A stretch of DNA of 64,000 nt from Promethearchaeota archaeon (lineage in GTDB: Archaea > Asgardarchaeota > Lokiarchaeia > Sigyniarchaeales > SOKP01), in NCBI GenBank assembly GCA_016839705.1, contig JAEOTR010000084.1, positions 1 to 64,000 on the forward strand, in the 5' to 3' direction. Below are positions 52,246 to 61,576 of this stretch, one piece after another. Within the stretch, counting starts at the first letter, position 1. Each line of letters starts with the position of its first letter. Both the position numbers and the translations under genes were made by a program. Under the pieces are notes generated by a model, which was given only the letters and a program-made list of their open reading frames with translations, was not told where the DNA came from and made no database searches.

Positions 52246-53049
52246 TTAAAGGTTCAACTCTTTTATTGCGTCTTCTACTTCATAACCTTTTTGAACTATT
52301 AGATATAATGCTCTTACAAATTTTGTGGGATCATCTGCTTGAAAAACGTTTCTCCCAAATGCTACTCCAGCGCCTCCTACTTCAATTGATTGTTTTGTGA
52401 TTTCTAATATGTCTTTAATTCCTGACTTTTCTCCCCCTGCTATTATTACTGGTGCCATACAACCCTCAACAACTTCTTTAAACGAATCAGGATCTCCCGT
52501 CCAATTAGTTTTAACAATATCTGCTCCCAATTCGGCTGCAACTCTTGCGGCAATCTTTACTACTTCGACGTCTTGTTCATTTTCTATATTTTCACCTCTC
52601 GGATACATCATGGCAATAAGCGGCATACCAAGATCACGACATTCCCTTGATACCCCTCCTAGTATCTCAAGCATTTCAGGATCTGATTTTGTACCAACGT
52701 TGATATGAATCGATACTCCATCTGCTCCAAATTTGACTGCTTCTAAAACCGTATTTACAAGAACTTTATAATTTGAATCGGGGCTTAAAGATGTCGAACC
52801 AGATAAATGAAGAATTAATCCTATATCTGGTCCATACCCTCTATGAGCGTATAAAGGTATACCTACATGCCCCAAAATTGCATTAGCTCCACCTAATGCA
52901 ATCTTATTTACTACTTCTCCTAAGTTTTTTTCAATTCCCTTAATTGGTCCTAAAGTTAGACCGTGATCCATGGGGATGATGATTGATTTTTTAGTTTCTC
53001 GATTAATTATCCTTTCCAATCTAATTTTTTTACCAATATAGCCAGACAA
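52246..53049 (-). CDS. class I DhnA-type aldolase (ADH synthase / fructose-bisphosphate aldolase)
   Basis: GKKIRLERI, PMDHG, AMMYPRG, AELGADIVKT, GRNVFQ. Start moved to TTG 53049. Confidence 0.9.
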   Translation of the reverse strand: MSGYIGKKIRLERIINRETKKSIIIPMDHGLTLGPIKGIEKNLGEVVNKIALGGANAILGHVGIPLYAHRGYGPDIGLILHLSGSTSLSPDSNYKVLVNTVLEAVKFGADGVSIHINVGTKSDPEMLEILGGVSRECRDLGMPLIAMMYPRGENIENEQDVEVVKIAARVAAELGADIVKTNWTGDPDSFKEVVEGCMAPVIIAGGEKSGIKDILEITKQSIEVGGAGVAFGRNVFQADDPTKFVRALYLIVQKGYEVEDAIKELNL

Positions 53050-53270
53050 GCTTAAAATTCCCTCATTTTTTATTTTAATTAAAATTATTTGACTAAATAG
53101 AATATTAGAAAATACCTTTAATAATTCTTTCAAACACTCTAAATATTTCTTTAAGCACAAAACCACAAACTATTAATTTTTTCTTTCATATAATAAAATA
53201 CAAAACTTCGTTTTGCTTCATTATACAAACAGTTTAGCAAATATATCATTATCAATTAATTTTTGAACAG

Positions 53271-53882
53271 GTGTTTAATATCTTTAAACTTTTTACAATT
53301 GAAGGAAAAATTGAGATACCACCATTTCTTTTTGACCAGGAAAAGAGTGTAAGTGCCAGAATAATCTTAAGTGAAGATTATGAAGGCATTATCACAAGAG
53401 ACTTTGGATTTATTATTGCTGTTGTTGATGTTATAAATGTTGGAATGGGAATAATTATTCCAGGGAATGCTAATACGTTCCATGAGGTTGAATTTACGAT
53501 CCTTACATTTAAACCAATTGTTTCAGAAGTAGTTGAAGGAACTGTAGTTGAAATTGTGGATTTTGGCTCTTTCATTCGTTTAGGTCCTTTGGACGGTTTG
53601 GTTCATGTATCTCAAATTTGTGATGATTATATTTCTTACGAACAAGTAGGGAATAGATTTATCGGTAAGGAAACTGGAAAGATCCTTGAAGTAAATGATC
53701 AAGTAAGAGCAAAAATTATTGCAGTCTCTTTAGGAACAGGAAGAAGTGGAAAGCTTGGATTGACGATGCGTCAGAGGTATTTGGGAAAGGAAGAATGGAT
53801 TGAAAATGATCTCGAGGAAGATATTACTAACCAACAAACCGATCAAACAAAAGTTGATGAAGAAGAAAGTGCAACTGAATGA
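53271..53882 (+). CDS. rpoE1: RNA polymerase subunit E' (Rpo7)
   Basis: IEIPP, EVVEGTVVEIVDFGSFIRLGPLDGLVHVSQI, LTMRQRYLGK. True start may be ATC 53280. Confidence 0.96.
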   Translation: MFNIFKLFTIEGKIEIPPFLFDQEKSVSARIILSEDYEGIITRDFGFIIAVVDVINVGMGIIIPGNANTFHEVEFTILTFKPIVSEVVEGTVVEIVDFGSFIRLGPLDGLVHVSQICDDYISYEQVGNRFIGKETGKILEVNDQVRAKIIAVSLGTGRSGKLGLTMRQRYLGKEEWIENDLEEDITNQQTDQTKVDEEESATE

Positions 53883-53916
53883 TTAGTTAAAAAAAAACGA
53901 GGTTCAAGGTGAGGAT

Positions 53917-54105
53917 ATGAAAGAGAGAGCGTGCAAAAACTGTCATTTGATAACCAAGAACGAAACAGTTTGTCCTAAATGCAAAACCCACACTTTAAGT
54001 GAGGATTATACAGGCGAGGTTATAATCATAAATCCTAAAGAATCGAAATTTGCTGCTCATTTGAAAGTGCACTACCCCGGTAAGTACGCTTTAAGAGTAC
54101 GTTAA
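53917..54105 (+). CDS. spt4: transcription elongation factor Spt4 (RpoE'')
   Basis: ACKNCH...CPKC...PGKYALRVR; follows rpoE1. Confidence 0.95.
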   Translation: MKERACKNCHLITKNETVCPKCKTHTLSEDYTGEVIIINPKESKFAAHLKVHYPGKYALRVR

Positions 54106-54159
54106 GCTTATAACCCATTTTAGTTATCATATTTTCCTATATAATAAAACTTGATTTTC

Positions 54160-54744
54160 ATGAACGATAATCTAAAGGTTCCAAAGAGAACTCGGAGATC
54201 ATTTGCACAACCACTGGATATGCTAATCGCTGGGAGTCGAGAAGATACTATCCCCCAAGTCGAAAATATGTTTAGAGATCTTCTACAACTTGGGAGATCA
54301 TTAAACTTTTATATAGTTGGGGATATTGTTGCCCAAGATTTCTTATCAAACTCATTTTTAAAGTCATTCATTAAAATCTGTGTTATAGATGAAAAAACTC
54401 AGAGGAACCAAATTAATATCGAGTATGGAGGTTTTTTTGAAGTAGAAATTGAATTAACCAATCCAGCAGGTTCAATTAATAAGGAGAGTTGGGAAATTTT
54501 TCGAACATCTATAGCTTCGAATAAAAGAACATTGATAAAAGTAACGGAAGGAGAGGAAGATTTGCTAATTCTTCCTCTAATAGATGAACTCCCCCTTGAT
54601 GATCGAGGACATTTTGCTTTTTATGGTCAACCTCCTATTACTGATTCCCGTTTTATTATTCCCGAAGGGATTGTCATTGTAAATGTTGATAAGAATATTA
54701 AAGAAAAGGTAAAGAGAGCTTTAGCGGTTATGGATTCGATTTGA
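54160..54744 (+). CDS. GTP-dependent dephospho-CoA kinase (DUF359)
   Basis: VGDIV, NPAG, GEEDL, YGQP; conserved position after spt4. Confidence 0.88.
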   Translation: MNDNLKVPKRTRRSFAQPLDMLIAGSREDTIPQVENMFRDLLQLGRSLNFYIVGDIVAQDFLSNSFLKSFIKICVIDEKTQRNQINIEYGGFFEVEIELTNPAGSINKESWEIFRTSIASNKRTLIKVTEGEEDLLILPLIDELPLDDRGHFAFYGQPPITDSRFIIPEGIVIVNVDKNIKEKVKRALAVMDSI

Positions 54745-54895
54745 GGATTCGAGTTTATTTCTTCCTCTTTTATTTGAAGCTTTATACTAATAAAAAGCAA
54801 AATTTTATTTTTTATCTCTCCTTTTGATTTTTATTAAAAAGAAATAAAGATAATATTACTTTTTAGATAATATCAAATTTGAAAAAAGGTTCAAA

Positions 54896-55249
54896 ATGTC
54901 CCTAAATATTGAGATTAAAGAGGAAAAGAAAAATCCCCTAATAGATAGAATAGAAGTGACATTTATAATAGATCATTTCCAGCAGGGAACCCCAAATAGA
55001 TTAGAAGTGAAAAAAAAAATAGCTGCAATGCAAGGTTCTGATGAAAAATTAACTATTATTAAATCCCTGAACACTCATTTCGGTAGATCTTCTACCCAGG
55101 GAGTTGCTTATATTTATGATAATTCAAAAGAACTACAATTCTACGAACCTTTTCATATCCAAGTTCGAAATCTTAGAAAAGACAAGCGAACTGAAATAAT
55201 ACAGCTAAAGAAAAGAAAGGAATCTTATAAACATCTTTTTGAATATTAA
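54896..55249 (+). CDS. rps24e: 30S ribosomal protein S24e
   Basis: NPLIDRIEV, TPNR, THFG...G.A.IY. Confidence 0.93.
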   Translation: MSLNIEIKEEKKNPLIDRIEVTFIIDHFQQGTPNRLEVKKKIAAMQGSDEKLTIIKSLNTHFGRSSTQGVAYIYDNSKELQFYEPFHIQVRNLRKDKRTEIIQLKKRKESYKHLFEY

Positions 55250-55274
55250 CAATTACAAAAATCATGGAATAAAA

Positions 55275-55493
55275 ATGGATGCATCAAAATATTATAAATT
55301 GGAAGGAGACAAGTTAGTACGAACTCATAGATCGTGCCCTAAGTGTGGACCAAGTTATTTTCTTGCAAACCACTATGACCGGTCGAGTTGTGGAAAATGT
55401 GGTTACACTGTATTTAAGAGAAAAGGAATTGCTAAAGGAAAAACCACTAGAAGGGCTCCTCGTAAACGTATGAAATCAATAGACGGGAGTTAA
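55275..55493 (+). CDS. rps27ae: 30S ribosomal protein S27ae
   Basis: CPKCGPSYFLANHYDRSSCGKCGYT; ATG 55275. Confidence 0.93.
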   Translation: MDASKYYKLEGDKLVRTHRSCPKCGPSYFLANHYDRSSCGKCGYTVFKRKGIAKGKTTRRAPRKRMKSIDGS

Positions 55494-55594
55494 TCTCAAA
55501 ATTTAAAGAAATCTAAAAAAAAATACCTCTTTAAACATATTGATTTTCATTTTAAAAAATTTTAGATTTCAATAAGGAAAATACGGCGAAATTA

Positions 55595-56605
55595 ATGCAA
55601 AAATATTGTTTGGGTATTGAAAGTACTGCACACACATTTGGAATAGGAATTGTTGATTTTGAAGGAATAGTTCATAGTTTGATAAACGATATCTTTATAC
55701 CCGAAGAAGGAGGACTCCATCCTGCTTTAGTACGTGAACAACATTTAAATAATTTTAAAACGGTAATAATTAAAGCACTCAAAGAGTCAGAATTATCAAT
55801 AAAAGATATAGATCTAATTGCTTTCAGTCAAAGTCCTGGATTAGGACCTGTTCTAAAAATTGGAGCTTTAATTGCTCGAATGTTAAGCCAAGTTCTAAAC
55901 ATTCCACTTGTAGGTGTAAATCATTGTATAGCTCATGTAGAAATTGGACGTTTAATGTGTAAAATTGATGATCCCCTTACTTTATATGTATCTGGAGGTA
56001 ATACTATTGTCAGTGCTTTTGAATCTGATAGATATCAAATTTTTGGAGAAACACTTGATTTAGCTGTTGGGAATATGATTGATTCCTTTGCTCGAGATGC
56101 GGGACTAAGTCATCCTGGGGGTCCAAAGATCGAGAAACTGGCGCTAAAATCAGATAAATATCTTCCATTGCCTTATACTGTCAAAGGTATGGATTTATCA
56201 TTTTCAGGACTATATACGGCATCAAAAAGATTATTAGAATCTCAAGACTTTAATGTTAAGTATAACTTAAATGACGTCGCTCGATCTCTTCAAGAAACCG
56301 CTTTTTCTATGCTTGTTGAAGTTACTGAACGAGCTCTTGCACACACAGAGAAGAAAGAAGTGTTATTAACAGGAGGTGTAGCAGCAAATAAAAGATTGCA
56401 ACAAATGGTTCATTCTATTAGTAACGAGCATGGAGCAAGATTCGCAGTAGTTCCTTTAAAGTATGCAGGAGATAATGGAGCCATGATAGCTTGGGCGGGA
56501 ATATTACGATATCAGTCTGAAGGTGAGCATGAAATAGGCAATACAATAATCAAACCAAAAGAGAGAATGGATTATATCAAAATTCCTTGGAGGTCAGGGG
56601 ATTAA
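55595..56605 (+). CDS. kae1: KEOPS t6A threonylcarbamoyltransferase Kae1
   Basis: GIESTAH, VNHCIAHVE, YVSGGNT, GGVAAN, DNGAMIA. Confidence 0.97.
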   Translation: MQKYCLGIESTAHTFGIGIVDFEGIVHSLINDIFIPEEGGLHPALVREQHLNNFKTVIIKALKESELSIKDIDLIAFSQSPGLGPVLKIGALIARMLSQVLNIPLVGVNHCIAHVEIGRLMCKIDDPLTLYVSGGNTIVSAFESDRYQIFGETLDLAVGNMIDSFARDAGLSHPGGPKIEKLALKSDKYLPLPYTVKGMDLSFSGLYTASKRLLESQDFNVKYNLNDVARSLQETAFSMLVEVTERALAHTEKKEVLLTGGVAANKRLQQMVHSISNEHGARFAVVPLKYAGDNGAMIAWAGILRYQSEGEHEIGNTIIKPKERMDYIKIPWRSGD

Positions 56606-56606
56606 G

Positions 56607-57278
56607 ATGAGTTCTGAAATAACTACAGAAAAACTTATCCATAAGGGTGCTGAAGCAAGTTTATTCTATGGTCATTGGTTTGGTAGAAACGTAATTTTTA
56701 AGCATCGAATTCCTAAAAAATATAGACTAGAAGAACTCGATAAAAAAATTCGAAGCGAGAGAACATTAAACGAAGGAAAAGCACTGATAAAGGTAAAAGG
56801 TTATGGATTAAATGTACCTCAAATTTACGAAATTGACACCCAGAATTCTATTCTCATCATGAAATATATCGAAGGAAAAAAATTGAAAAATATCTTAGAA
56901 AGCCTTAGTAAAAATAAAAAAGAAAAATATTTTAAGAAAATTGGTCGAGACATCGCAGTTTTACATAAGAATGGACATATTCACGGCGACATAACTACAA
57001 GTAATTTAATCGTTACAGATGAAGAAGAAATATTCCTCATCGATTTTGGACTACATGAATATTCTGATACAATAGAAGATAAAAGCGTTGATCTTCATCT
57101 TTTCAAGAGGGTCTTGATTTCTAGTCATGGTGATGATTTTGAATTCTGCTTTAATGCCTTCCTTGAGGGTTATAAGTCTGAATATGAGATTATCAACAAA
57201 ACAGATTGTGATCAGATTATTAAAAACATTAATGCAATAGAGTCAAGAGGTAGGTATGTAAAACCAGAGGATAGATAA
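56607..57278 (+). CDS. bud32: KEOPS kinase Bud32
   Basis: KGAEA, HGDITTSN, IDFGL, EDKSVDL, RGRY. Confidence 0.96.
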   Translation: MSSEITTEKLIHKGAEASLFYGHWFGRNVIFKHRIPKKYRLEELDKKIRSERTLNEGKALIKVKGYGLNVPQIYEIDTQNSILIMKYIEGKKLKNILESLSKNKKEKYFKKIGRDIAVLHKNGHIHGDITTSNLIVTDEEEIFLIDFGLHEYSDTIEDKSVDLHLFKRVLISSHGDDFEFCFNAFLEGYKSEYEIINKTDCDQIIKNINAIESRGRYVKPEDR

Positions 57279-57664
57279 TATGGTAAAATCCTCATATAAG
57301 AGATTTGAATTTATCTAGAAAATAGTATATTTTTGTTTTAAAAGGTAGATTTATTCTAAAAAGAGGAAATATAAAAGAAATGATGATTTTTTAATAAGAA
57401 TAAAATTTTTTCAGTCACTCATTTATTTATTCATATAAAATGTTCATCTAAATAGTTAAACATTTAAAATAATGTATATCTGGTATAGAATACTTTAAAT
57501 ACTTTAAATAGAGACAAATAACTTTATAAATTTATTTTACTTATACTATATTAGTGGAAAAGAGTGAATAACAGTAAGGGCAAAGCATATATCTGCGTTT
57601 CTTATTCACATTTTGATTTTTTATAAAAATAGTTTTCAACTCTAGATTACTTGGAGTAAATCTA

Positions 57665-57868
57665 ATGACAGACATGAAGAAAAAGAAACCTAAGATGATC
57701 AATATTACAATAAACATACCGGAAATTTATGATGAAAATATTCAGAATCTTATTAAAAAAAAAATTGTACCAAGTCGATCTGAAGCTATAAGAATTGCCC
57801 TTAGAGAATTTTTACACAATGAGTATAAGAACTTAAAATTACTTGGCTTTTTTGAAAATACTTCTTAG
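57665..57868 (+). CDS. ribbon-helix-helix (CopG/MetJ-like) regulator
   Basis: ITINIPE...PSRSEAIRIALREFL. Confidence 0.88.
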   Translation: MTDMKKKKPKMINITINIPEIYDENIQNLIKKKIVPSRSEAIRIALREFLHNEYKNLKLLGFFENTS

Positions 57869-58003
57869 TCTTTTAATCTACTCATATTAAGCTTCCTTTA
57901 AAGTAAGATGTCTTATTTTATGTTTATTTTTGATAAGTTAAAATTAAAAACACTATTTTATTTAGTTTTACTATACAAATTTTAAACTAATGAGAGAAAC
58001 TCC

Positions 58004-58606
58004 ATGAAATTATTTACTATATATGAAAATGGTGTTCTAAAGAAAATTGATAAAGTAGACTTTAACGATAAGAAAGTTTATCTGATTGATGATTTTAAAG
58101 TTTATTATTTATGGTTTGGTTCACACTGCTCTGAGAAGAAGAAAGAATTCGGAAAAAAAAGAGCAAAAGATCTAAATAATAAACGTAAATCCCCCGCTAA
58201 AATTCAAATTATTCATCAAAATAAGGAGTATGGAGCCTTTCTGGCTATTATGGATATCTTAAAGGAAGGATTAAACAGTGAGGATTCTAGAATAAAAAGA
58301 GACGAATTAGTTTTTGAGTTAGAAGAAACACTAGAACTTATTGATGCGGGATTAGAATTGGATTTAGAAGCCGAGATAACTCTAAAGGCCCACAAACTAT
58401 CACAAGAAGGAATATCATATGAAGATTTATCTAAGCGACTAGCAGAAACACAACTAATTCTCTTAAAGGGAAAAGAAAAGCCTTTAGAAAGTGAAATTAA
58501 GAAAAAAACTGAAGAGATACTAAATTCTTCTTCTACGTTTGAGGAATTGGCCTGGCTTGTATCAGAACTTGAAATTTTAATTATAAAAAAACAATTGAAA
58601 CAGTAA
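58004..58606 (+). CDS. single gelsolin-like domain protein with helical C-terminal extension
   Basis: FNDKKVYLIDDFKVYYLWFGSHCS...IIHQNKEYGAF matches the gelsolin repeat pattern (F..DVYILD...IY.W.G...QG.E...F). Confidence 0.72.
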   Translation: MKLFTIYENGVLKKIDKVDFNDKKVYLIDDFKVYYLWFGSHCSEKKKEFGKKRAKDLNNKRKSPAKIQIIHQNKEYGAFLAIMDILKEGLNSEDSRIKRDELVFELEETLELIDAGLELDLEAEITLKAHKLSQEGISYEDLSKRLAETQLILLKGKEKPLESEIKKKTEEILNSSSTFEELAWLVSELEILIIKKQLKQ

Positions 58607-58658
58607 TGAATTACTAAGTGAGGTTCAATCTATATTTAAATTATAGCCGTCTTTGTTT

Positions 58659-58901
58659 TTATCTTCTTGTTCGAATTTTTCTTGCTTCCCGTTCTACTTC
58701 TCTTAAAATTACAACATCATTCATTTTAATAGGCCCCTTGACATTACGAGTTAAGATTCGATTTTTATCTGGTCCATCTAAGATCCGAACCTTAATTTGT
58801 GTTATTTCTCCTGTAAGACCAGTTCGACCAATTATTTGAATAACCTGAGCTGGTGTAGACTGATCTTTAACTGAAACCTTAGATTTATCTAATTTTACTA
58901 T
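58659..58901 (-). CDS. rps28e: 30S ribosomal protein S28e, putative ATA start, 80 aa
   Basis: [61 protein letters not shown]; GGTGA 6 nt before ATA. Missed by the ORF track. Confidence 0.96.
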   Translation of the reverse strand: MVKLDKSKVSVKDQSTPAQVIQIIGRTGLTGEITQIKVRILDGPDKNRILTRNVKGPIKMNDVVILREVEREARKIRTRR

Positions 58902-58920
58902 GATTATTCACCAAGTTGTT

Positions 58921-59292
58921 CTATTTTTTTATTTCTTCCAAATTCTTAATTACATCATTTAAAATACCATCATTTCCGGTTCCAACGTTTTCTATAGCTA
59001 TAGCACTTGCTGATACATTAATTCTAGCAGTATTACCAAGCTCTTTCTTTGTTGTTAAATAACCATAAGGAATACCTTTTTCTTCGCACAATAATGGTAT
59101 GTGGAATAATATCTCTGGGGGACTAACATCTTCAGCCATGATAACGATTTTAGCTTGTACTCTTTCGATTGATTTAGTAACTTCATTCATCCCTTTTCGT
59201 AATTTAGAATCTCTAGTCTCTGCGATTTTACTTAAGGCATTCTTAAGCTGATTTTTTAATTTATCCGGAATTTTAAATTTAATATATGAAAT
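58921..59292 (-). CDS. rpl7ae: 50S ribosomal protein L7Ae, putative ATT start, 123 aa
   Basis: (M)SYIKFKIPDKL...KLRKGMNEVTKSIER...AEDVSPPEI...LCEEKGIPY; GGAGATGA upstream. Confidence 0.96.
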   Translation of the reverse strand: MSYIKFKIPDKLKNQLKNALSKIAETRDSKLRKGMNEVTKSIERVQAKIVIMAEDVSPPEILFHIPLLCEEKGIPYGYLTTKKELGNTARINVSASAIAIENVGTGNDGILNDVIKNLEEIKK

Positions 59293-59702
59293 ATTTAATC
59301 ATCTCCTTCAAATATACATTAATATATTTTCATAAATCATCGATATTCGATACACTTTTTAATACAAGATTAAAGATAAAATTTGTCATTTGGGACAAAA
59401 AGCCTAAAAATTTTTCTTTATATACTCTTGAGGGATTAAGTGATAAACATTCCAAATAATTGTGAATTTATCATGAAAGTTAGTCTGAAAAAATTAAAAG
59501 GATTAAAAAAAATTAATAATTTATTTGCACTTATAATTTGGCTAGGGTTATTAACAGAAGCAATTATCTGTATGTGGATTTGAGAAATGGAAAAACTTAT
59601 TTTTAATGAATTACTTGATAACATACATTTAGAATAATTCTAATTTTATTATCAAATCTATTAAATACATAAAGCAAATTAACCCAAAGGAGGAGATGTA
59701 TC

Positions 59703-59903
59703 ATAATTATACCGATCCGCTGCTTTTCATGCGGAAAATTAATAGCTCATATTTACGAGCCTTATTTGGAGCTTTTGGAGAAAGGTGAATCATCCGAAAA
59801 AGCCTTTAAAGAATTAGGGATTGAAAGGTTCTGTTGTAAAAGAATGGTGGTTAGCCACGTGGATTTAATAGATGAGTTACTTAAATTTCCACGCTTGCAA
59901 TAA
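59703..59903 (+). CDS. rpoN: RNA polymerase subunit N (Rpo10), ATA start, 66 aa
   Basis: (M)IIPIRCFSCGK...LGIERFCCKRMVVSHVDLID; GGAGGAG upstream. Missed by the ORF track. Confidence 0.96.
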   Translation: MIIPIRCFSCGKLIAHIYEPYLELLEKGESSEKAFKELGIERFCCKRMVVSHVDLIDELLKFPRLQ

Positions 59904-59951
59904 TTTTTTCTTTTTTTAAATATTAATAAGATTTAATTAGAATAAAATTTT

Positions 59952-60134
59952 CTATTCTTTTCCGTAATAAGCAGTCCATCTGGTCTTTCTTGCTTTTTTC
60001 TTAAATATCAACATTGATTTTTTACACTTATTAGTACAAAAATTTAGAATTGTACCGTCTCTTCTAATAAACATAATTCCACGACCAATCGGTATGTCAT
60101 ACCCACAAAATGAGCAACGCTTGACTTTTGCCAT
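59952..60134 (-). CDS. rpl24e: 50S ribosomal protein L24e
   Basis: CSFCGYDIPIGRGIMFIRRDG...FCTNKC...RKTRWT. Confidence 0.96.
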   Translation of the reverse strand: MAKVKRCSFCGYDIPIGRGIMFIRRDGTILNFCTNKCKKSMLIFKKKARKTRWTAYYGKE

Positions 60135-60156
60135 ATTATATCATCCTAATATTTGA

Positions 60157-60561
60157 TTATTCTTTTTCTTTCTTAAAGAGTTCGGCTTCTCCGTATTTCA
60201 TAACCTTTAAATTGATTAAAGTCATATCAGATGTGACTTCATTGCCTCGTACTGTTTTTCTCCTCTTTTCCCCTTGCCTTCTTGGTTTGTATCCAATACC
60301 ACGTTTGGAAACAAGAATTTTCTTTTTCACAGGCCCATGAACATCTTTTCTCATTGGAAAGCCACTTGAATCACTTCCACCTGTAATTTCAAACTCATAG
60401 TTAGGAAATCCGATTAAACCTCCCTTAATGATCTCGCCCATTTTCATACCTTCAAATCGAAATTTTTTTTCATCGATCTCAATAAGTTTAGTCATTCCTT
60501 TTCCAGAGCCTTCCTTTCCACCACTAATATTTAGCTTGTAAACAATTTTTTCCGAAGACAC
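60157..60561 (-). CDS. rps6e: 30S ribosomal protein S6e
   Basis: ITGGSDSSGFPM, GEKRRKTVRGN. Confidence 0.96.
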   Translation of the reverse strand: MSSEKIVYKLNISGGKEGSGKGMTKLIEIDEKKFRFEGMKMGEIIKGGLIGFPNYEFEITGGSDSSGFPMRKDVHGPVKKKILVSKRGIGYKPRRQGEKRRKTVRGNEVTSDMTLINLKVMKYGEAELFKKEKE

Positions 60562-60733
60562 GATACATCATATTCGAACTTGAAAAAATAAGATTAACTT
60601 CAGAAATGTATATTTTCATAAAAATTTTATGGATTAGGACTAGATTAATATTCTGAATTAATATATATAATGAAATTTATTTTAACAATAATTTCCTATA
60701 AAAATTATAGAAAATTTTCATGTATTATCTTTT

Positions 60734-61576
60734 ATGCAGATTTTTGAAGTAATTGAGCTGAAAGAGTTTCCTTTTATGGAAACAAGAGAAATTGTAGAGG
60801 GTACAACAGTTCGTGATATATTAAAAAATGGGTGCATTAATAGGGTATTTTTACTTGTTGATCACGATACGAAAAGAATTTTAATATATAATTGTCCCCA
60901 GAGTTCAATAAAAAAACAAATCTATGGTGGAATTTTAGCAGGAAAGTTCCGTCAACAATTAAAAGGGTTTTATAGAGTTTATCCCTTAAATATGTATTCC
61001 ACTACTGATAAAGAATTTCAAGAAATAATAGATAAACCATTGGGTCCTGGGAGAACAAAACCAATTGAGAAAGAAGATTTTTCAAAGCCAACACCAGACC
61101 GATTTATTGTTAATGTCTCAACCCAAAATCCGAATATGAAAAAAGCAATTGAATATATTTCTCAACTTCCAAAACAAGAAAATTTGGTTAGAAGATTTAT
61201 GATAATTGGAGGCCAAATTTTTACTGATGAAGAAATTACAGAAACTTTTCTTAAAGAGGAGAGACACATTATAAAACCTATAAAATTAGGACGATTGAAT
61301 AATGGTTTTACGTTCTTTAAAGATCATAATTATGCTACTAGACTAATAATAAAAGATCGCAAAATACAGGGAATTGAATTATATGTTGATAAAGATGACC
61401 AATCTCCTCCATTGGAATTGCAAATCCCAATAATTTATGAGGAAAAATTCAATAAACCAGGTTCGATTAAAACGTTAATAAATGCTTTTCAAATCCCAGA
61501 TAAAATGCCAGAAGAAACAGAAGTACAAAAAGAAAAGGATATTCTCTCAAAAGATGATTTTACTAATCAACCCTAA
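60734..61576 (+). CDS. hypothetical protein with possible gelsolin-like N-terminal domain
   Basis: RVFLLVDHDTKRILIYNCPQSSIKKQ loosely resembles the gelsolin core. Confidence 0.55.
   Translation: MQIFEVIELKEFPFMETREIVEGTTVRDILKNGCINRVFLLVDHDTKRILIYNCPQSSIKKQIYGGILAGKFRQQLKGFYRVYPLNMYSTTDKEFQEIIDKPLGPGRTKPIEKEDFSKPTPDRFIVNVSTQNPNMKKAIEYISQLPKQENLVRRFMIIGGQIFTDEEITETFLKEERHIIKPIKLGRLNNGFTFFKDHNYATRLIIKDRKIQGIELYVDKDDQSPPLELQIPIIYEEKFNKPGSIKTLINAFQIPDKMPEETEVQKEKDILSKDDFTNQP

Noticed and set aside
58618-58839. 73-aa plus-strand ORF in the track
   Set aside because: Antisense shadow of rps28e.
59436-59637. Short ORFs on both strands between rpl7ae and rpoN
   Set aside because: AT-rich, no motif, and the plus-strand frame is interrupted by TGA; cannot be supported as genes.
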